Below, one piece after another: positions 45,136 to 58,990 of a DNA stretch of 64,000 nucleotides. Made by a program: the position numbers and the translations under genes. The number at the start of each line of letters is the position of its first letter. Positions within the stretch are counted from its first letter, which is position 1. A model generated the notes under the pieces. It had not been told where the DNA came from and searched no databases. It saw only the letters and a program-made list of their open reading frames with translations. This stretch comes from the human T2T-CHM13v2.0 reference genome, Homo sapiens: assembly GCF_009914755.1 (NCBI RefSeq), contig NC_060947.1. The stretch is one strand, 5' to 3'.

Positions 45136-46396
45136 TTCAACCCCATTCCCACATATTCATGTCCTTCTCAAATTGCAAAATATAATCATCCTTTCCCAAT
45201 AGTCCCCCCAAATCCCATTCCAGCATCAACTCAAAAGTCCAAAATCTCGTCTGAGACTCAAGGCAAGTTCCTTGCACCTATGAGTCTGTAAAGTCAAAAA
45301 CAAGTTATTTGCTTCCAAGATACAATGGTAATACAGGCATTGGGTAAACATTCCCATTCCAAAATGAACAAATCAGCCAAAAGGAAAAGGTAACAGACCC
45401 CATACAATCTGAAACCCAACAGTGCAGACATTACATCTTAAAGCTCTAAAGTAATTTTTGACTCCATGTCCTACATCTAGGGCACACTGGTGTGAGAGGT
45501 GAGCTCCCAAGGTCTCAGGCAGCCTGACTCCATGACTTTGCCAGGCTCAGCCCATATAGCTGCTCTCACTGGTTGGAGTTGAATGTTTGTGGCTTTTCTA
45601 GTCTGAGGTTGCATGCTGATGGTGGCTCTATTAATCTGGGTTCTGGAGGGTAGGGTCCTGCTCCTGTGGTTCTACTAGGCAATGCTCTAGTGGGGACTCT
45701 CTGTGGGAGCTCCAAGCCCACATTTCCCCTTGGTATCACCTTAGTAGAGTCTCTCTGTGGGGGCTTCACAGCTGTGGCAGGCTTCTTCCTGGGAGCCCAA
45801 GCTTTCCAATACATTCTCTGAAATCTAAGTGGAAGGCACCAAGCCTCCTTTACTCTTGCATTCTGGGAGCCTTCAGGTTTAGCACTAGGTGAAAGCTGCC
45901 AAGGCTTATGGATTGTACCCTCCAGAAGGCCAAGTGGCCTGAGCAGTATCTGGGGCCCTTTAAGCTGTGGGTGGAGCCAAAGCAGCTGGGATGTGAGGAG
46001 CAGTATCTCAAGGTGGTACAAGGTAGCAGTGCCCCAGGCTTGTCCCCTAAAACCATTCTGTCCTCCTAGGTCTCTGGGCCTGTGATGGGAGGGGCTGAGT
46101 CAAAGAATTCTGACATGCCTTTGGGACCTTTTTCCCATTGTTCTGACTATTATCACTTGGCTCCCTTTTAGTCATGCTGACCTCTTTAGCAAGTTGATGC
46201 ACCATAGCACCCTTAAATTCCTCTCCTGAAAATGCTCTTCCCTTCTCTACCACATGGCCAGGCTGCTAATTTTCCAAATTTATATGTTCTGCTTCCATTT
46301 CAATTATAAATTTCAACTTTAGATTACTTCTTTGCTGCCATATCTGTTTGTAAGCTGCTAAGAGTAGTCATGCCACTTCTTGAATGCTTTATTGTT

Positions 46397-46543
46397 GGAG
46401 ATATACTTAATGCTAAATGACGAGTTAATGGGTGCAGCACACCAACATGGCACATGTATACATATGCAACAAACCTGCACGTTGTGCACATCTACCCTAA
46501 AACTTAAAGTACAATAATAATAAAATTAAAAAAAAAAGAAAAA
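46397..46543 (+). mobile_element. L1PA (primate-specific) 3'-terminal fragment with A tail
   Basis: GGAGATATAC.TAATGCTAAATGACGAGTTAATGGGTGCAGCACACCAACATGGCACATG..CCCTAAAACTTAAAGTA.AATAAT. Confidence 0.93.
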
Positions 46544-46597
46544 GGGGTCAGTTATGTAGTCTTCATCCCTTTTATATTTTTCTGTGACTCTTTGAAA

Positions 46598-46800
46598 GGA
46601 CTAGCAGACATTTCTGTAAAGGGCCCTATATTCAAAACTGTAGGCTTTGAGGGCCATAAGATCTCTGTTGCAATAAATCCACTCCTCCCTTGCAGGTGAA
46701 AACAGCACTAGACAATATGTAAGTATAGATAATATATAAGTGAATGTAAGGGCTGTAAGTGAATGAGACCCACTGTATTCCAATAAAATTTTATTTACAA
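46598..46800. mobile_element. Truncated MER58A-like fragment ending in AATAAA and an A-rich tail
   Basis: TTTCTGTAAAGGGCC..TAGGCTTTGAGGGCCATA..TCTCTGTTGCAA..TTCCAATAAAATTTTATTTACAA; homologous, in the opposite orientation, to the MER58A at 25228-25450. Confidence 0.75.
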
Positions 46801-47188
46801 CAACAACAACAAAAAAGAAATTTCTTCTGCCAGATACCCTAAGTCATCACTCTTAAGTATGGCTTTCCACAAAGCCCTGGGACATGGGCACAATTCAGCC
46901 AAGTTCTTTGCTACAGGGTAACAAGGGCTGCTTTTGCTCCAGTTCCCAATCAGCTCCTCATTTCCATCTGAGACTTTGTCAGCCTGGCCTTTACTATCTA
47001 TATTTCTGCCAGCATTTTGATCACATCCATTTAACCAATATTTAAGAAGTTCCAAATTTCCCCTTGTCTTTCTGTCTTCTTCTGAGCCCTCCAAACTCTT
47101 CAACCTCTGCCCGTTACACAGTTTCAAAGCTGCTTCTACATATTCAGGTATCTTTATAGCAACACCCTGCTACTTGGTACCAATTTTC

Positions 47189-47848
47189 TGTATTAGTCAG
47201 GGTCCTCCAAGAGGACCAGAACTAATAGGACATATATAAAACATTAAAATGTATACCATATATGTATATATACACACATACATACATACATGAAAGGGAA
47301 TTTATTAGGGAGAATTAGCTCACACAATTACAAGGTGGTGTCCCATAACAGGCTCTCTGCCAGGGGGAGAAAGATAGAAGCTGGTAGCATGGCCCCTAGG
47401 GAAGCTGGTAGCATGGCTCAGTCCAAGTCTGTAAGGCCCCAAACCTGGAAACCTGATAGTGCATCCCAATTCTAAGGCCAAAGGCCTCAGAGCCCTGGGG
47501 TGGCTGCTGGTTCAAGTTCCAGAGTCCAAGGCTGAAGAACCTGGAGTCTGATGTCCAAGGGCATGGGGAGGAAAGGGTATACTGCTCTGAGAGACAGAGA
47601 GCGAGCAAAAGAAAGAAGAGCAAGCAAGCTGAATACCCCCTTCTTCTTCCTGCTTTGTTCTATCAACACTGGCAGCCCATTGGATGGTGCCTACTCACAC
47701 TGAGTGGGCAGTCTTCCTCTCTCAGTCCACTGACTCACATGTCAGTCTCCTCTGGAAACAGCCTTACAGACATGCTCAGGAACAATGCTTTACCAGCCAT
47801 CAAGGCATCCCTCAATGGAGTCAAATTGACACAATGTTAATCATCACA
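47189..47848 (-). mobile_element. MLT2A-like ERVL LTR in the 5'-LTR position of the MST unit
   Basis: TGTATTAGTCAGGGTCCTCC..CAGAACTAATAGGA..GAAGAACCTGGAGTCTGATGT..CAGTCCACTGACTCA..TTAATCATCACA. Confidence 0.85.
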
Positions 47849-48999
47849 TCCCCTCTTTGGCAGGTCCTAACAAGGAGCCAGTTGGCTGATGAAAAATGTA
47901 ATTTGCAGGTCCCAGCCCCAGCATCACCAAGTGGAATATAGAAGGGTAGGTTTGGAGCTGAGCTATTAATAACTGGAATGTGCATTCAGTACCAGTTTTT
48001 CCTGAGTACACCATTTTAATCTGTATATTCAAGGCTCCTTTGATTTCAGCAGTGTTTTCTTGATTTACATCTATGAATTTTTTTTAATTCCATTGTTTGG
48101 CCCTTAGTTGTTTTTTTTTCATGTGGGCTATAGATTGGTGAAAAGAAACCACTCCATGTACACACCATATGGCGAAATTAACTTCCAGTTTGTTTAACAT
48201 GGCATATATAAACCTAACAGTAGGAAGGTGGCTACACAGTATAGCTTGGCTCTGAATTGGTTTCAGAGGTCCTAACTCCCACCACTAAACTCTTAACAGG
48301 GGCTGCCATTGCCCCTTTCTGTACAAGTTGGGGTCCTGGTGGATCTAAGAAGCTCAATTTCATGTTTGTAATCCAGGGTAATACTCTGGGAAAATACTAA
48401 TAATGTCGTAAAGATAGCTGTATTTTCCTCATTCCAGGCCTAATTTAGAATCCCAAATCCCTTCTCCTAGTGTCTGAGAAAAGAAATCCAAATAAAAACA
48501 AAACATATTGAAGATGAAAAACAATACAGTGACTAGTTTTAAGATCCTTCTATTTCTGGTTCTATTTAGAGCCCTTGACTAACAAACTTGTCCCCTGATC
48601 TTTACCTTTACAGATATCAAGAGTGACTGGGCACATGAAGTCCAATTGAAGGTTGTTTTGTCTGTATGCTGATGCAAACTTTAGTTCACAGAAACCTTTT
48701 GGTCTGTAAATTGCATTTTGTTTTAGGGTTTTTGCTTCCCTCCATACTGATGAGTGTTGTGGGTGGATTTGTGAGCTCTCACTGCTAGTTAAGCATCTGC
48801 TATTCATCATCCTGATATAGTCATCTTTTGCATTTTACTTTTCAAATGGCAAGCTTCATCAGAAATTAAGCACTTTTTACTAGAGACACTATTTGACTCA
48901 CAATCTGACAGATTCTAAGCTTAAAGGGAATCGCGGGGGGGGGAGCTGATAATAACATCAGCTACAGGAAGCTGTCATGAATGGGTTTACTAACTCAAC

Positions 49000-50400
49000 T
49001 GGAGCCCAAAATGAAAGGAAGAATATGAATATTCTCTTGACCTCACTGTCTTCTGGTGACACTTTAGAGCTGGCTCCATCAATTTATATTTTCAATTACA
49101 CCTGCTTTACTGGTCCTTCCCCTCACTTATATTTTTACGTCTATCCTATATTAAAAATAATTATATCCTGCCTCCCACGAGCTGCCAAACTCACTGCACT
49201 CAAACTTCTTGAAAGAATTCTCATAATCTTCTCACCATTTATCCCCTTGAAATGTGGATTTCATTTCTGCCACCTTTCTGAAACCACTCACCAGTGTCAC
49301 AGATAACCTACTAATTCTAAATCCAATTGCTATATCCTTCTTTCTATTCCTCTCCACCTCTCTCCCTCTTTTGATGTTCTTAAGCCTCTCTTCTCCTGAC
49401 TTTTATGACACTGAAGCCTCTTTGTTCTCCTAATTCTGGATACTCCTTCTCTGACTCTTGCACTGATTTTCTTCCTCCTCTTGCTTCTAAAGGCTCTCCA
49501 AGACTCTGTCCTTGGTTCTTATTTTTTCTCTCTCTTGAACTTTGATGAATTAATCAAAGTCCATTGTTTTACCTACGAAACCTATTTCTCTTAATTTAGT
49601 TATTTCTTCAAGCTCTATTCATATGTTTACAACTTCCTGATGGACATTACTCCCTGAATAATCCAACAGCATATCAAACTCAACAGGTCCAAAGGTAAAT
49701 TCATTATGTCCTCTCACAAATTATCTCCTTTTCCCAAAAGCTCAAAGCCTATCTTTGCTCTTCCCAGTATCTAATCAATTGCCAAATTTGTAAGCTCTCT
49801 GCCTTTGCAACATTTTCATCTGCCCCCTTATTCCATTCTCACTACCACTACCCTACTCCCAATCCTCACAATCATTCATATTGTCTTTTCTAATAACCTT
49901 GCAATTTATCTTTCCCTTTCCCTCATTCCTTTCCTACTCCAACCCATCATACCCAACAAAGTCAAATTAATTTCCTGAAGGAGTGCAATGATTACTCACC
50001 TGCTCAAAAACCTTAGTAGCTCCTACTTCTTTTTAGTTAAGTGAAAATTTACCATCCCTCTGTTTAAGTTCCTCTGTAATCTATCCCAGTCCATCTATGC
50101 TTGGCTTCTACCATACCCTACAAGAAAACGGAATTATTTATTGTTCCTTAGACCTGTCCCCAGATTGTCTACTTCCATGCCTTTTTTTTCATGCCACTAC
50201 CTTCATCTCCGCTTGTTAAAACCCTGACCAATATTCAGTATAATTTGGACATCTTCTCTTCTGTCTTCTCTTGTAAAGACCCGGTTGAAACTTCTGCCAA
50301 GAGCCCAGCTGAAACTCCCATCACAGAAAGTATTATATTGTGTATTTGATTATAGTTTTCTGTGAACTTGTTTTATGTCACTACTCAGACTGGAACCTTT
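49000..50400 (+). mobile_element. L2 LINE fragments
   Basis: Pyrimidine-rich L2 motifs (ATCAAACTCAACAGGTCCAAA, CTGCTCAAAAACCTT). Confidence 0.6.
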
Positions 50401-50427
50401 ATGTTTTATTGAGTAATACACTGAACA

Positions 50428-50885
50428 GTGTCAGTGCTCCAGATAGGTTCCTTCAGATTTCTTTGCCATTTTACTATATGTGTCCTTCCTCCACTGATTT
50501 CAATGTTCTTTGAATTGCCACCTTTCAGTGGGCTCTTCTTTGAAAGCTGCCCTCAGGCTATTGGAGCTATTTTGCCCACAGGTCAGAGGATTAGTTCTGA
50601 GAGTTTTCATCCCTCACCTCTACCTGGTGGTGACTGTTAACCAATGGCTATAGAATGTGGGACTTTGAAAGCACAACTGTTTGACTTCAGGATGATACAA
50701 CTTGGAGGCCTCACACTGCAGAATTTCCTGGCAGGATCAGGCTGAAGTTACCTCTTGCAGAATGGCTGCCGAAATTTTGCCCTTTCTTCCTCTCCTCTGT
50801 TCATCTCATCTTCATAGGAAGATGAGATAGGAATCCATCTTTCTGTCTCTCAGGGTCTGCTGCTTGGGAAACGTGACTAGGACAA
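50428..50885 (+). mobile_element. LTR16-family-like LTR
   Basis: CCAATGGCT, GGATCAGGCTGAAG and TCTCAGGGTCTGCTGCTTGGGAAAC.TGACTAGGACA end. Confidence 0.55.
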
Positions 50886-50889
50886 GTCA

Positions 50890-51125
50890 TGTTTTTGAGT
50901 ACTTGCCATGTGTCAGGCACCATGCTAAATGTCCACATATGTAATTTCCCTTAATTTAATCCTCTTAACCGCCTGGAGAGCTAATTATTACTCTGATTAA
51001 TAGATGAGTGAACTGGACTTTGAAGAGATTAAGTAACTTTTTTCAAGGCTATATAGCTAATAAGTGGCAATGCCAAGAGTCCAAACAAGGCTTCAGAGGC
51101 AGCTCAGTCAACCAGTTTGCTATAC
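50890..51125 (-). mobile_element. MIR
   Basis: TTGAGTACTTGCCATGTGTCAGGCACC..GATTAAGTAACTT..AGCTAATAAGTGGC. Confidence 0.7.
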
Positions 51126-51149
51126 TCCTTCTGAAACTACTTCATGGAA

Positions 51150-51612
51150 AGGAGACTTCTAATATGGCCCCGCATGAGCCCTGTCTCCTGGTATTCACAT
51201 CCATGTACAATTCTCTCCCCTTGGGTGTGAGCTGGACCTAGTAATTTGCCCCTAACAAATAGAATGTGGCTAAAGTGATTTCACTTCCATGATTAGTTAT
51301 ACAAGACTGGCTTCTATCTTGCTAGCAGAACATTTTGCTGCCTTTGATTCATCAAGTTGCTCTGTTGGAGAGGCCCATGTGACAGGGAATTGAGAGTGGC
51401 TTCCACTCAAGAGCTAATGAGGAACTGAGGCCCTGAAACCTGCCAGCAACCACATAAGTGAGCTTGGAAGTGAGTCCTTCCCTGCTGGAGCCTTGAGATG
51501 AGGCTGCAGCCATAGTCAACATCCTGATTGTAGCACATGAGAGACTCTGTGCCAGGGGGCTCAGATAAGCTGTGCCTGGATTTCTGACCCAGAAAAAATA
51601 AGAGATAATAAA
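51150..51612 (+). mobile_element. MLT1 (E/F/G-type) MaLR LTR
   Basis: CTCCTGGTATTCAC..GGAACTGAGGCC..GTGAGCTTGGAAG..TTCTGACCCAGAAA..GAGATAATAAA. Confidence 0.75.
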
Positions 51613-51932
<320 letters not shown>

Positions 51933-52719
51933 TAAAAGCCTGCTGCTTGGAAAACAGAGAGTCAACCTTGTTATTCAGTGTAACACTTGAAACCTCCAGC
52001 TCAGTGACTTACCAATAGATGCTAACTAATAATCTATCACCTCTGGTGGTTTTATGGTCCAATAAACTTAGCTAGGATGGTGGTGATAAACTGCTTGAAA
52101 AGCATTAACTTTCCAATGTGATAGGTACTTGATAACCTTGGAACCAAGTAAACAACAAATAAATTACCAGCGAGGATTGGGTAAAGATATTATTTTAACG
52201 CATCCAAAATAAGCCTTTGGTTTTGTGCTTGTTTCAATTAATTAATCAATCGATAAGGGACAGTACAAATTGGGCACCAGCTGGCTTGTTGCTCAACCAT
52301 AAGCAAAGCTGTGTTCAGTACCTCCCAGTCAACTGCATGTTTCCCAACGTGTGCCTCTCTCTGCCCCTGCATACTCACCCACATACAGCACATTGTCATG
52401 TAAATGGAAATCAACCAAAGATGTTTTTCCAATTCTTTATTCCTCTGGTTGCCATGGGATTACAGATCAGAAGTCAGAGAAGACAGATGTAAAATAGAAA
52501 AAGATGCAGCCCTCCAACTACCCCAGCTGCCTGAAAGCATCCTTTGAGTAGGCAAGAAAAGGTAATAATGAGATGGATGACATTGAGCGACAGTCTGTCA
52601 CTATGATGGTAGGAGTAGAAGAAAGCTAGAAGATAAAGGCAAATGTATAATGTCCCTTGACCCACAGAGAAACCTGCCCACCTTCCGCATCTTTTTCAAA
52701 CAGTGGTTGGCAACAACTT

Positions 52720-52830
52720 GGGCAACCAACTGTCCTGATTTGTTGGAAACTGTCCTCATTTTAGCACTGAAAGTCCTGTGTTCCTGGAAATAGCTCAATC
52801 CCAGATAAACCAGAATGGTTGGTCACCCTA
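52720..52830. mobile_element. MER81 hAT-Blackjack MITE
   Basis: GGGCAACCAACTGTCC..TTTTAGCACTGAAAGTCC..GGTTGGTCACCCTA; terminal inverted repeats visible. Confidence 0.8.
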
Positions 52831-53344
52831 GCAACAATCACTAACTCCCAAAGGGCTCAGCTCCCATTGATATTTGCTTTTTAATTGGAAGAGTCAATAA
52901 AAAGATATCTTCTTAAACTTTTCTCTTTGAAAGCTGTAATTATCCTATTGGCAGAATTTATTTTTTAAGGTAGTGCCATAAATTCTATTCCTCCCACTAA
53001 AAAGTGAAAAAAATACATTAGAAGGTTTTACTAATTTTATTCAGATGTTATATTTGAGCTGAAAGGTGGGGGAAGGAGACAGGAGAGTGAGTTTGGAGGA
53101 CAGAAAGCTGTCAAAAATATGGACTAAGGGCATATTTAAATTTGCTGGTACATTATTAATTGAAGAAATCATTTGTCTGAATTCAAAGGCACAAGTTAAA
53201 TATGTCAGTAGTCACTCTTTAAACTCTAAAGATCTGGACCCTACAATCTGCAAATTTTACAGCTAGAAGACACCTTGGAGGTAATCTAACCCAAACTCCT
53301 GCTTTTTAGACAGCATTCAAAGAAGCTCAAACTTTCATTTTGCT

Positions 53345-53646
53345 GTCTGTTACAGAACACAGCTTTGGGGAGCTCTTAATAGTTGTTACATGATAAAAAA
53401 GTTTCCTTGGTCACATAAGTTTAGGAAATATCAAGGTAAGCAATGTTAAACAAGTTTCTTGACTGCAGAAATTTTCTAGGCATTTTATATGCTTGCAATC
53501 AGTGACTCTCATTCAATGTACATTAGAATCACCTGGGGGAACTTTTAAAAGCTATAATTGACTAGGCCCCACCAAGATCTAGGAAACAGAAAATAATCCC
53601 TCTCTGGATATTGCCGATGTTCACCCTGATTAAGAATCACCAGCTA
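53345..53646. mobile_element. MER103C left part followed by MER5A (about 53499-53645)
   Basis: GGTCACATAAGTTTAGGAAA..GTTAAACAAGTTTCTTGACTGCAG..TATATGCT, then CATTAGAATCACCTGGGG. MER103C resumes at about 56082 (AATATGTACTGTGAATCT). Confidence 0.7.
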
Positions 53647-54779
53647 TATTCCTGAGCTCTCTATTCTGTTCCGTTGGTGTATGTATCTGTTTTTTATGGC
53701 AATACCACACTGTTTAGTTACTACAGCTTTATAACGTATTTTGAAGTTAGGTAATGTGATAATCCAGTTTGTTCTTTTTGCTTAGAATTTCTTTGAATAT
53801 TTGGGGTCCTTGTGGTTCAGTATGAATTAGGGGTTGTTTTTTTCTATTTCTGTGAAAAAAAAATCATTGAAATTTTGGTGGAGATTGCATTCAATCTGTA
53901 GATTGCTTTGGATAGTATGGACATTTTAACAATACTAGTTCTTCCAATCCATGAACACAGGATATCTTTCAATTTATTTGTGTCTTCTTCAATTTCATTC
54001 AGCAATGTTTTATAGTTTTCAGTGCACACGCATGCCACTTTCTTGGTTAAGCTGATTTTAGACAAAGGTGCCAAGACACACAATGGGAAAAGAACAGTCT
54101 CTTCAATAAACGATGTTGGAACCACCGGATCTCCACTTGCAGAAGAATGAAATCAGACCCTTATCTCACACCATACACAAAAATAAACTTAAAATGGATT
54201 AAAGACTTAAACATACCTAAAATTGTAAACTACTAAAAGAAAAACAGAGGAAAACCTCCATAACATTGGTCTAGGCAATGATTTTTTTATATCACTCCAA
54301 AAGCAAAAATAGACAAATGAAATTATATCACACAAAAAACTACACAGCAAAGGAAACAATCAACTGAGTGAAGAAACAATCTACAGAATGGGAGAATATA
54401 TTTGCAAACCATACATCTAATAAGAAGTTAATATCAAAAATCTATAACACACTCAAACAACTCAATAGCAAGAAAACAAACTGATTTAAAAAAATAAACA
54501 AAGGGCTTGAATAGACATTTCCCCCCAAAAAAGACATATAAATGGCCAACAGGTATATGAAAAAGATGCTTAACATCACTAATCATTAGGGAAATGCAAA
54601 TTAAAACCACAATGAACTATCACCTCACACCTGTTAGAATGACTATTATCAAAAACATTAAATATAAGTGTTGGAGAAGATGTGGGATAAAGGGTACACT
54701 TACACAGTGTAGGTGGGAATATAAATTAGTACAGCCATTGTGGAAAACAGTATGGAGGTTCCCCAAAAAACAAAAATAA

Positions 54780-55165
<386 letters not shown>

Positions 55166-55739
55166 TCAAGAAGATGGCTGCACTCCCATGTTCATTGCAA
55201 CATTATTCACAATAGCCAAGGTATGGAATCAACCTAAGTGTCAACAGATGGATGAATAAAGACAATGTGGTATATATTGGAATGGAAAAGAATTAAATCT
55301 TGTCATTTGCAACAACATGGATGAACCTGGAGGACATTATGTTAAGTGAAATAACCCAGGCACAGAAAGGCAAATATCACATGTTCTCATTCATATTTGA
55401 AAGCTAAAAAAGTGAACTCATAGAAGTAGAGAATAGAACAGTGATTACCAAGGGGGTGGGGTGAGGGTAGGGGAAAGACTGGGGAGAAGTTGGTCAAAGG
55501 AGACAGCATTTCAGTTAGACAGGAGGCATACGTTCATGACATTTATTGTAAAACATGGTGACTATAGTTATTAATGTATTGTATTCTTGAAAATTGCTGA
55601 GGGTAGATTTTATGTTCTCACCACAAAAAAGCTATGTGAGGTAATGAATATGTTAATCAGCTCAATTTAACTATTCTACATTTGCATCCATATTTCGAAA
55701 CAACATTTGTACATGAAAAAATATATACGATTTTTGTCA

Positions 55740-56072
<333 letters not shown>

Positions 56073-56979
56073 CTACTGGCTAATATGTACTGTGAATCTA
56101 TGAGAGTAAAAAAAAACAGTCTGCAATATTTTCTAACCTTATTTGACAATACATATTTTTCTTCCTTCCTTTGTTTCTTCCTTCCTTCCTTCTTCTCTTT
56201 CTTCCACCCCCTTTCTTTCTTTTTGTTTTGGCTTTGGAAGATACTGGTTTATATTTGAGGTTTTGTTTGTTTGGTCAACAAGAAGAGAAATAGAAAATTA
56301 TTAATTATGTCTCTAAATATACTTTATTTAAAAACAGATTATGCTTTATTTAAATTTTTAATATAAAAAAATTTAAATCATATGGAGAACTAAGGAGAGT
56401 AGAATAATAAACTCTTTTGTACTATCACTTAGTTTCAACAGTTATAAATGCATGACCATCTTGATTCACCTATATTCTCACCTACATCCCCCCTTTCCCC
56501 ACCACTGAATTCTTTTGAAGCAAACCCCAGATAACTATATTATTTTATTCATAAATACTTGAAGATCTATCTGTAAAAGATTAAACACTTTAAAATATAA
56601 TTGTACTATATCACATAAAAATTAATAATTCTTTAATACTGTTAAATATTCAGTCAGTATGCAAATTTATAAGAATTGACACCTTCATGATAATGAATCT
56701 TCCTAACCTAGAACATGGTATGTCTTTTGATTTGTTCATGGGCATTTTCATGTATTTCAGAAATGTGAATACATTAGTTTTTCTCATGTAGGTTTTGAAA
56801 CTTTTTAAAGTAAGTTTTCACCTAGTTATTGTATTTTACTTATTTTGGTTTATCCTTTGCCATTTAAATGACGTCTTCTCTTCCATTGTGTTTTCTAACT
56901 TCATTGTTTGTATATGTGAATTTTAATCAGCTTTATTAAGGTCTAATCTACACGCAACAACATGCACAGATTTTAAGTA

Positions 56980-57081
56980 CACAGTTCAATGAGTTTTAGT
57001 AAAAATATATACCCATTTAATCACTATCCTCACAGTTCAATGAGTTTTAGTAAAAATATATACCCATTTAATCACCATCCT
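56980..57081. repeat. 51-bp tandem duplication
   Basis: CACAGTTCAATGAGTTTTAGTAAAAATATATACCCATTTAATCAC(T/C)ATCCT twice, with one mismatch. Confidence 0.95.
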
Positions 57082-58599
57082 CACTGATTTTTAAATGTTG
57101 ATTTCATAACCTGCTAACTTACTCAATTTCACGTTTTAATATATACTCTCAAAGTTCTTACTAGCTTTGGCCAATTATTAAAAGGTATCACATTCCAATT
57201 TCTGTTTTTGGTTTTGCTTCTTACTCGATCCCACCATGCCAAAAAGATTTTTTCCAGTCCATGTTGTAATAGAAATAAATTAAATGTCAAATTGTGACTG
57301 ATCCTAGAGATTTAAATTGCTATTACAGACATAAAGAAACATGATCCTCTTTGCAACAGGTGTCATGCTAAATACAAGTTTAGTGATGTAAGCAGCTAAT
57401 AATAATTAGAATGTAAGCTGACTCAAGAATGGATATCCGGCTCATTAATATTTGCTTCATAGAAATAGGCTCAAATGTTCTTCTCGAGTCTGAGTAGGTA
57501 CATTCCCTGGATGCTTAGAGGAATAAATTTATGTCCAAGCCCAGCACTAAGGCTATCATTACTCACAGAACTCCATGTGACCCCTAGCTGGAAAAATGTG
57601 TTTACCAAGCCCCAGCTGTTGTATTTATGAATGTTTAGGAAGCTGAAATGACTGGCATTGGTCTCAGTGCCCCTAAAATGTGACGAGTTTTTTGAAAGTT
57701 GCAAGGCAGCCAACTCACTCACCTAGATGAGACTGAAGAAAAGCAGTAGCTTTTCATGGGAGTAGAGGCTTTCCAGGCTGAGTATCCTCTGGGGTCATCA
57801 ACACCCTGAGGATAGTCTGGTACCTACCTAGGGGCAAGATAATGAGCAATATATAGAGCAAAGGTGGTGGGGGCAAAAGGGTGAGGCATGCTGGTTGGAA
57901 GAAAAAAAATGGGTTATTCCAGAAGTTCTTAGAGCCGATAGAGACTGTAAAACATAATTTAATACTTGACTCTTGTCTTTGTATGAGGTTTGGAAAAAGT
58001 GGGCCTTGAGCAAGGATTTGACTGCAATTCGTTTATTGGAAGAGGGGGTATAATCTTAGGAAGCATGGCAAAAGAAAAGAAGGAAAATCAATATACTGGG
58101 TGTAAATGAAAGGGTTACTACTGTGGACAACTGGGGCTCAATGTCACTGGCCACCTTCTGAGATATTGGGTAAAATATGCCTCAGAAATATCCTGCTGAT
58201 TGCTGAGGATGCTCAGATATGTATCCACTCATTTCCATCCCTAATCAGTTTAGGGTCACTATTAGGGACGGGGTGGAAGTTAACACTTGACACTTCTGTC
58301 CTACCCTACTGGCAAACCAAGCATGCTCCCATGGCCAGAGAGCGCCCTCTGGCAAATAACCGTATGGGTATGGGACTTATTTACAGGAAATTTCTAGGGT
58401 AGAGCAAGAGGATAAGAGAACTACAATTTTATATTGCTTATGTTGCTCTCTGGTTGTTTTTTATGTGTGAGTTTTATCTCACCAACAACAATGAAAACTC
58501 TTTGAGTGTAGGGGCTACAGCTTATATTTGTGTTGATTCCTCCCATAAATTCTGGTGAGCTCCTTACAACTGCAAGATTAAATCCATTAAGCCCTTCAT

Positions 58600-58990
58600 G
58601 ATTGGGGGGCCCTGCCTTCCTCTCCAGACTTTTCTTTACCATCCACTTTCTCATCCCAGGCATCCCAGCCATTCCTCAAGTGCCTTCTCTCTGCATAGAA
58701 TACCCCTTCCTCCCGTGTCCAATGGGTCAACACTGATAATCTGTCAGGATCAGCTAAGTAGCTCTTCTTTCTTAAAGTATTCCAAGTTTTCCCCAAGTAA
58801 TCATGCCCTCTTTTGCAAACCACTACCTGGTTCTTACTTCTACTGTACAATTTATCATACTGTACTGAAGTCCTGCCTATCAGAACATGAGCTCATTAAG
58901 AAAGTAATGTGTCTTTATCCAAAGCACCCAGTTCAGTGCCTGCTATGGACTCAATGCTCAATAAATACTTTTGGAATGAATTAATGAACG
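58600..58990 (+). mobile_element. L2 3' fragment
   Basis: CAGTGCCTG..TGCTCAATAAATACTTTTGGAATGAATTAATGAA. Confidence 0.7.

Larger units (their letters stand above)
45136..47188 (-). mobile_element. MST-int MaLR internal region
   Basis: TCTGAGACTCAAGGCAAGT, GGCATTGGGTAAACATTCCCATTCC, decayed MaLR ORF (LEGSEEDRK, NEELIGNWSK), and the PBS end TTGGTACCAATTTTC. Confidence 0.88.

Noticed and set aside
45566-47127. Minus-strand ORFs of 110-151 aa
   Set aside because: Fragments of the decayed MaLR internal ORF, broken by frameshifts and an L1 insertion.
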